A DNA stretch of 64,000 bases from a virus (Duplodnaviria > Caudoviricetes), in IMG/VR virus record IMGVR_UViG_3300027917_000018, positions 64,001 to 128,000 of that record; one strand, given 5' to 3'. The notes beneath the pieces are model-generated. The model had not been told where the DNA came from, searched no databases, and was given only the letters and a program-made list of their open reading frames with translations. The position numbers were made by a program, and so were the translations under genes. Below are positions 62,377 to 64,000 of this stretch, piece after piece (position 1 is the first letter of the stretch; each line of letters starts with the position of its first letter).

Positions 62377-63491
62377 ACTACGACGACTACAACCGCATGT
62401 GCGAGAACATCGCGCCCGAGGCCGCCAAGGTTTGGTGCTCGATCGTCGACTTCATGAAGCAGGTCAGCGAGCACCATTCAAAGGACGTGGTTTGGAATCT
62501 GGTCGAGCCTCGGCGCACGGTCGCCCCGAACGGCTATCACCCGCATAAGATCGTGGCCTCGATGCTCTACACGACGCTGGTGGAGGCGCACGACAAGGCT
62601 GCTCACCAAATCGATCCAGTCGGCATGGAGATTACGGCCACGGCCATTGCCTACCAGGTCGTGCGCCACGAGGTCCCGGTCTATTACGTGAAGGAGGAAT
62701 TTGCCCGCGCCGTGGCCGCAACCGATTTGCCCGACGACTTCTTTTTGGCTGACCTACATTGGCCGCGCCCCGCGATGGTGATTGGCTGGCCGGTGGCGTT
62801 CATGAAGGAGATGGTCGGGGCCGATGTCTCCTACGTCTTTGCCGCGAGCTTCCAAAAGAATGTCGACTACAAGCCGCCCTTTCCGCTCCAGGGCAAGGTC
62901 ATCTTCATGCCCGACGACAAGGTTGCCTGGCATCACGTGTTGTGGGAGCAGGGCAACGTCGGCAGCTACCTCTCAGCCTACTGGACGAGGGATCGCGTGG
63001 CGGACACGGTGACCAAGTACACCTACACCGATTTTACCGGCAGGCACGACGAAGCTAGGATTATGGTCGACGAGGAGCGCAGCAACAAGATCAGCGGCCT
63101 CATGCTCAAGCTGCTCCTGGTGCTCAACATGATGCCCCACCTGATCGAGACCGGCACGATTCAGCGCAAGGAGAAGGTCAAGAAGGGCATTGTGCGCCAG
63201 GCGCTCTGGAATCCGAACATCATCGGCGGCAAGTACCGCGTCAGCACATCGGGCCAGGGCGATGGCACCCACGCCAGCCCCAGGATGCACTGGCGGCGCG
63301 GACATGTCGCCTTCGTGGCCCGACGGAAAAAAGGAGCAGACTTTCTGTCGGTCGGCGTCATGCCGCGCCGAACAGATGGTAACATCGATTGGGACAGAGT
63401 CACGCCTGAGCAGCGGGAACTTTTCTGGTCCTGCCATGAGCGCAAATGGCTGGAGCCGGTCCTGGTCATGGCCCCGGAGGATGTGGAATGA
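62373..63491 (+). CDS. Hypothetical phage protein with HASPRMHWRRGH motif
   Basis: ATG 62373; H-x-R-R-G-H C-terminal motif seen in many phage hypotheticals. Confidence 0.7.
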   Translation: MNYDDYNRMCENIAPEAAKVWCSIVDFMKQVSEHHSKDVVWNLVEPRRTVAPNGYHPHKIVASMLYTTLVEAHDKAAHQIDPVGMEITATAIAYQVVRHEVPVYYVKEEFARAVAATDLPDDFFLADLHWPRPAMVIGWPVAFMKEMVGADVSYVFAASFQKNVDYKPPFPLQGKVIFMPDDKVAWHHVLWEQGNVGSYLSAYWTRDRVADTVTKYTYTDFTGRHDEARIMVDEERSNKISGLMLKLLLVLNMMPHLIETGTIQRKEKVKKGIVRQALWNPNIIGGKYRVSTSGQGDGTHASPRMHWRRGHVAFVARRKKGADFLSVGVMPRRTDGNIDWDRVTPEQRELFWSCHERKWLEPVLVMAPEDVE

Positions 63492-63772
63492 GCTGTCACC
63501 ACACCTGGCACCAAGTCGACACGACCGAGGCTGTCGAGGACGGCGTGACGGTCCGCACCTACGTTCACGAGTGTCCCGCCTGCGGCAAGCGCAAGCGCAC
63601 CAAGCGGGCGATTAACGCCATGCCGACTTACGCCAAATGGAAGCGGGAGCTGGAAAAACTGGTGGAGAAAGCCTGGGACGCCGGGCTGGCCTTCGACGTG
63701 GACGGCAAGCCCCTGACCCTGGACCGGGTGTCGACCCGGTACTTAAGGCATGAAGACGGAGCGAAAGGGTGA
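63488..63772 (+). CDS. Small Zn-ribbon protein
   Basis: CHHTW...HECPACG. Confidence 0.55.
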   Translation: MSCHHTWHQVDTTEAVEDGVTVRTYVHECPACGKRKRTKRAINAMPTYAKWKRELEKLVEKAWDAGLAFDVDGKPLTLDRVSTRYLRHEDGAKG

Positions 63773-64000
63773 CGTTTGGAAGTGCTGGACACGACAGATC
63801 AGCCGCTTCAAGCACGTGGAGCTGCAAGCCAGCCGATGGAAGCATTGGTGCTGGTTTTCTTTTGTTGCCGAGTGGACCAGGTGTCAGGACCACGCCGGGC
63901 TGCGGCTGGAGGCCGAGGTCCTGGGCTACAGCCTCATCTTCCTCATCTACGACCAACGTCATTGGGACCACGATCGCAACGATTGGAGCCGACTGCCCTA
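63750..64000 (+). CDS. Trp-rich hypothetical protein, runs to window end
   Basis: ATG 63750, open to end of window. Confidence 0.45.
   Translation, partial: MKTERKGDVWKCWTRQISRFKHVELQASRWKHWCWFSFVAEWTRCQDHAGLRLEAEVLGYSLIFLIYDQRHWDHDRNDWSRLP

Noticed and set aside
1-64000. Stop-codon reassignment, as seen in some large phages
   Set aside because: Conserved genes are full length in code 11, and TAG, TGA and TAA all end genes at sensible, often coupled, positions.

Overview
GC-rich (roughly 60-65% by eye), gene-dense segment of a large T4-like/jumbo myovirus genome read in standard code 11; I found no tRNA, rRNA, CRISPR, integrase or transposase. It holds a gp20-like portal, a gp25-like baseplate wedge subunit, an HU-like protein, several fibre/Ig/PKD virion proteins and a 1762-aa baseplate-type protein with an intact purple-acid-phosphatase-type metallophosphoesterase and a LamG domain inserted. 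Replication/repair genes are gp47/SbcD, UvsW-like helicase, HIRAN, Toprim and an O-like initiator. Accessory enzymes are GT9, a six-hairpin glycosidase, PAPS-reductase-like, SAM-MTase, a dual-specificity phosphatase, Nudix and MazG-like. Two candidate anti-defence genes are present (Tad1-like sponge, Acb1-like 2H phosphoesterase). The most striking unexplained pattern is a set of unrelated, modular proteins (22.3-27.8 kb and 54.9-61.3 kb) sharing a short helical A-x-x-[VIL]-L-E peptide at their termini and domain junctions. They sit behind the same GTAGTTA motif as the structural genes, and low-GC domains sit between copies of these linkers. I infer a capsid-targeting, protease-cleaved and recombination-shuffled cargo system for injected effectors. 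Three upstream motif classes lie only 4-9 nt before start codons, implying near-leaderless mRNAs. All family calls come from motif recognition by eye, not database searches. Many start codons were re-chosen relative to the supplied ORF track.
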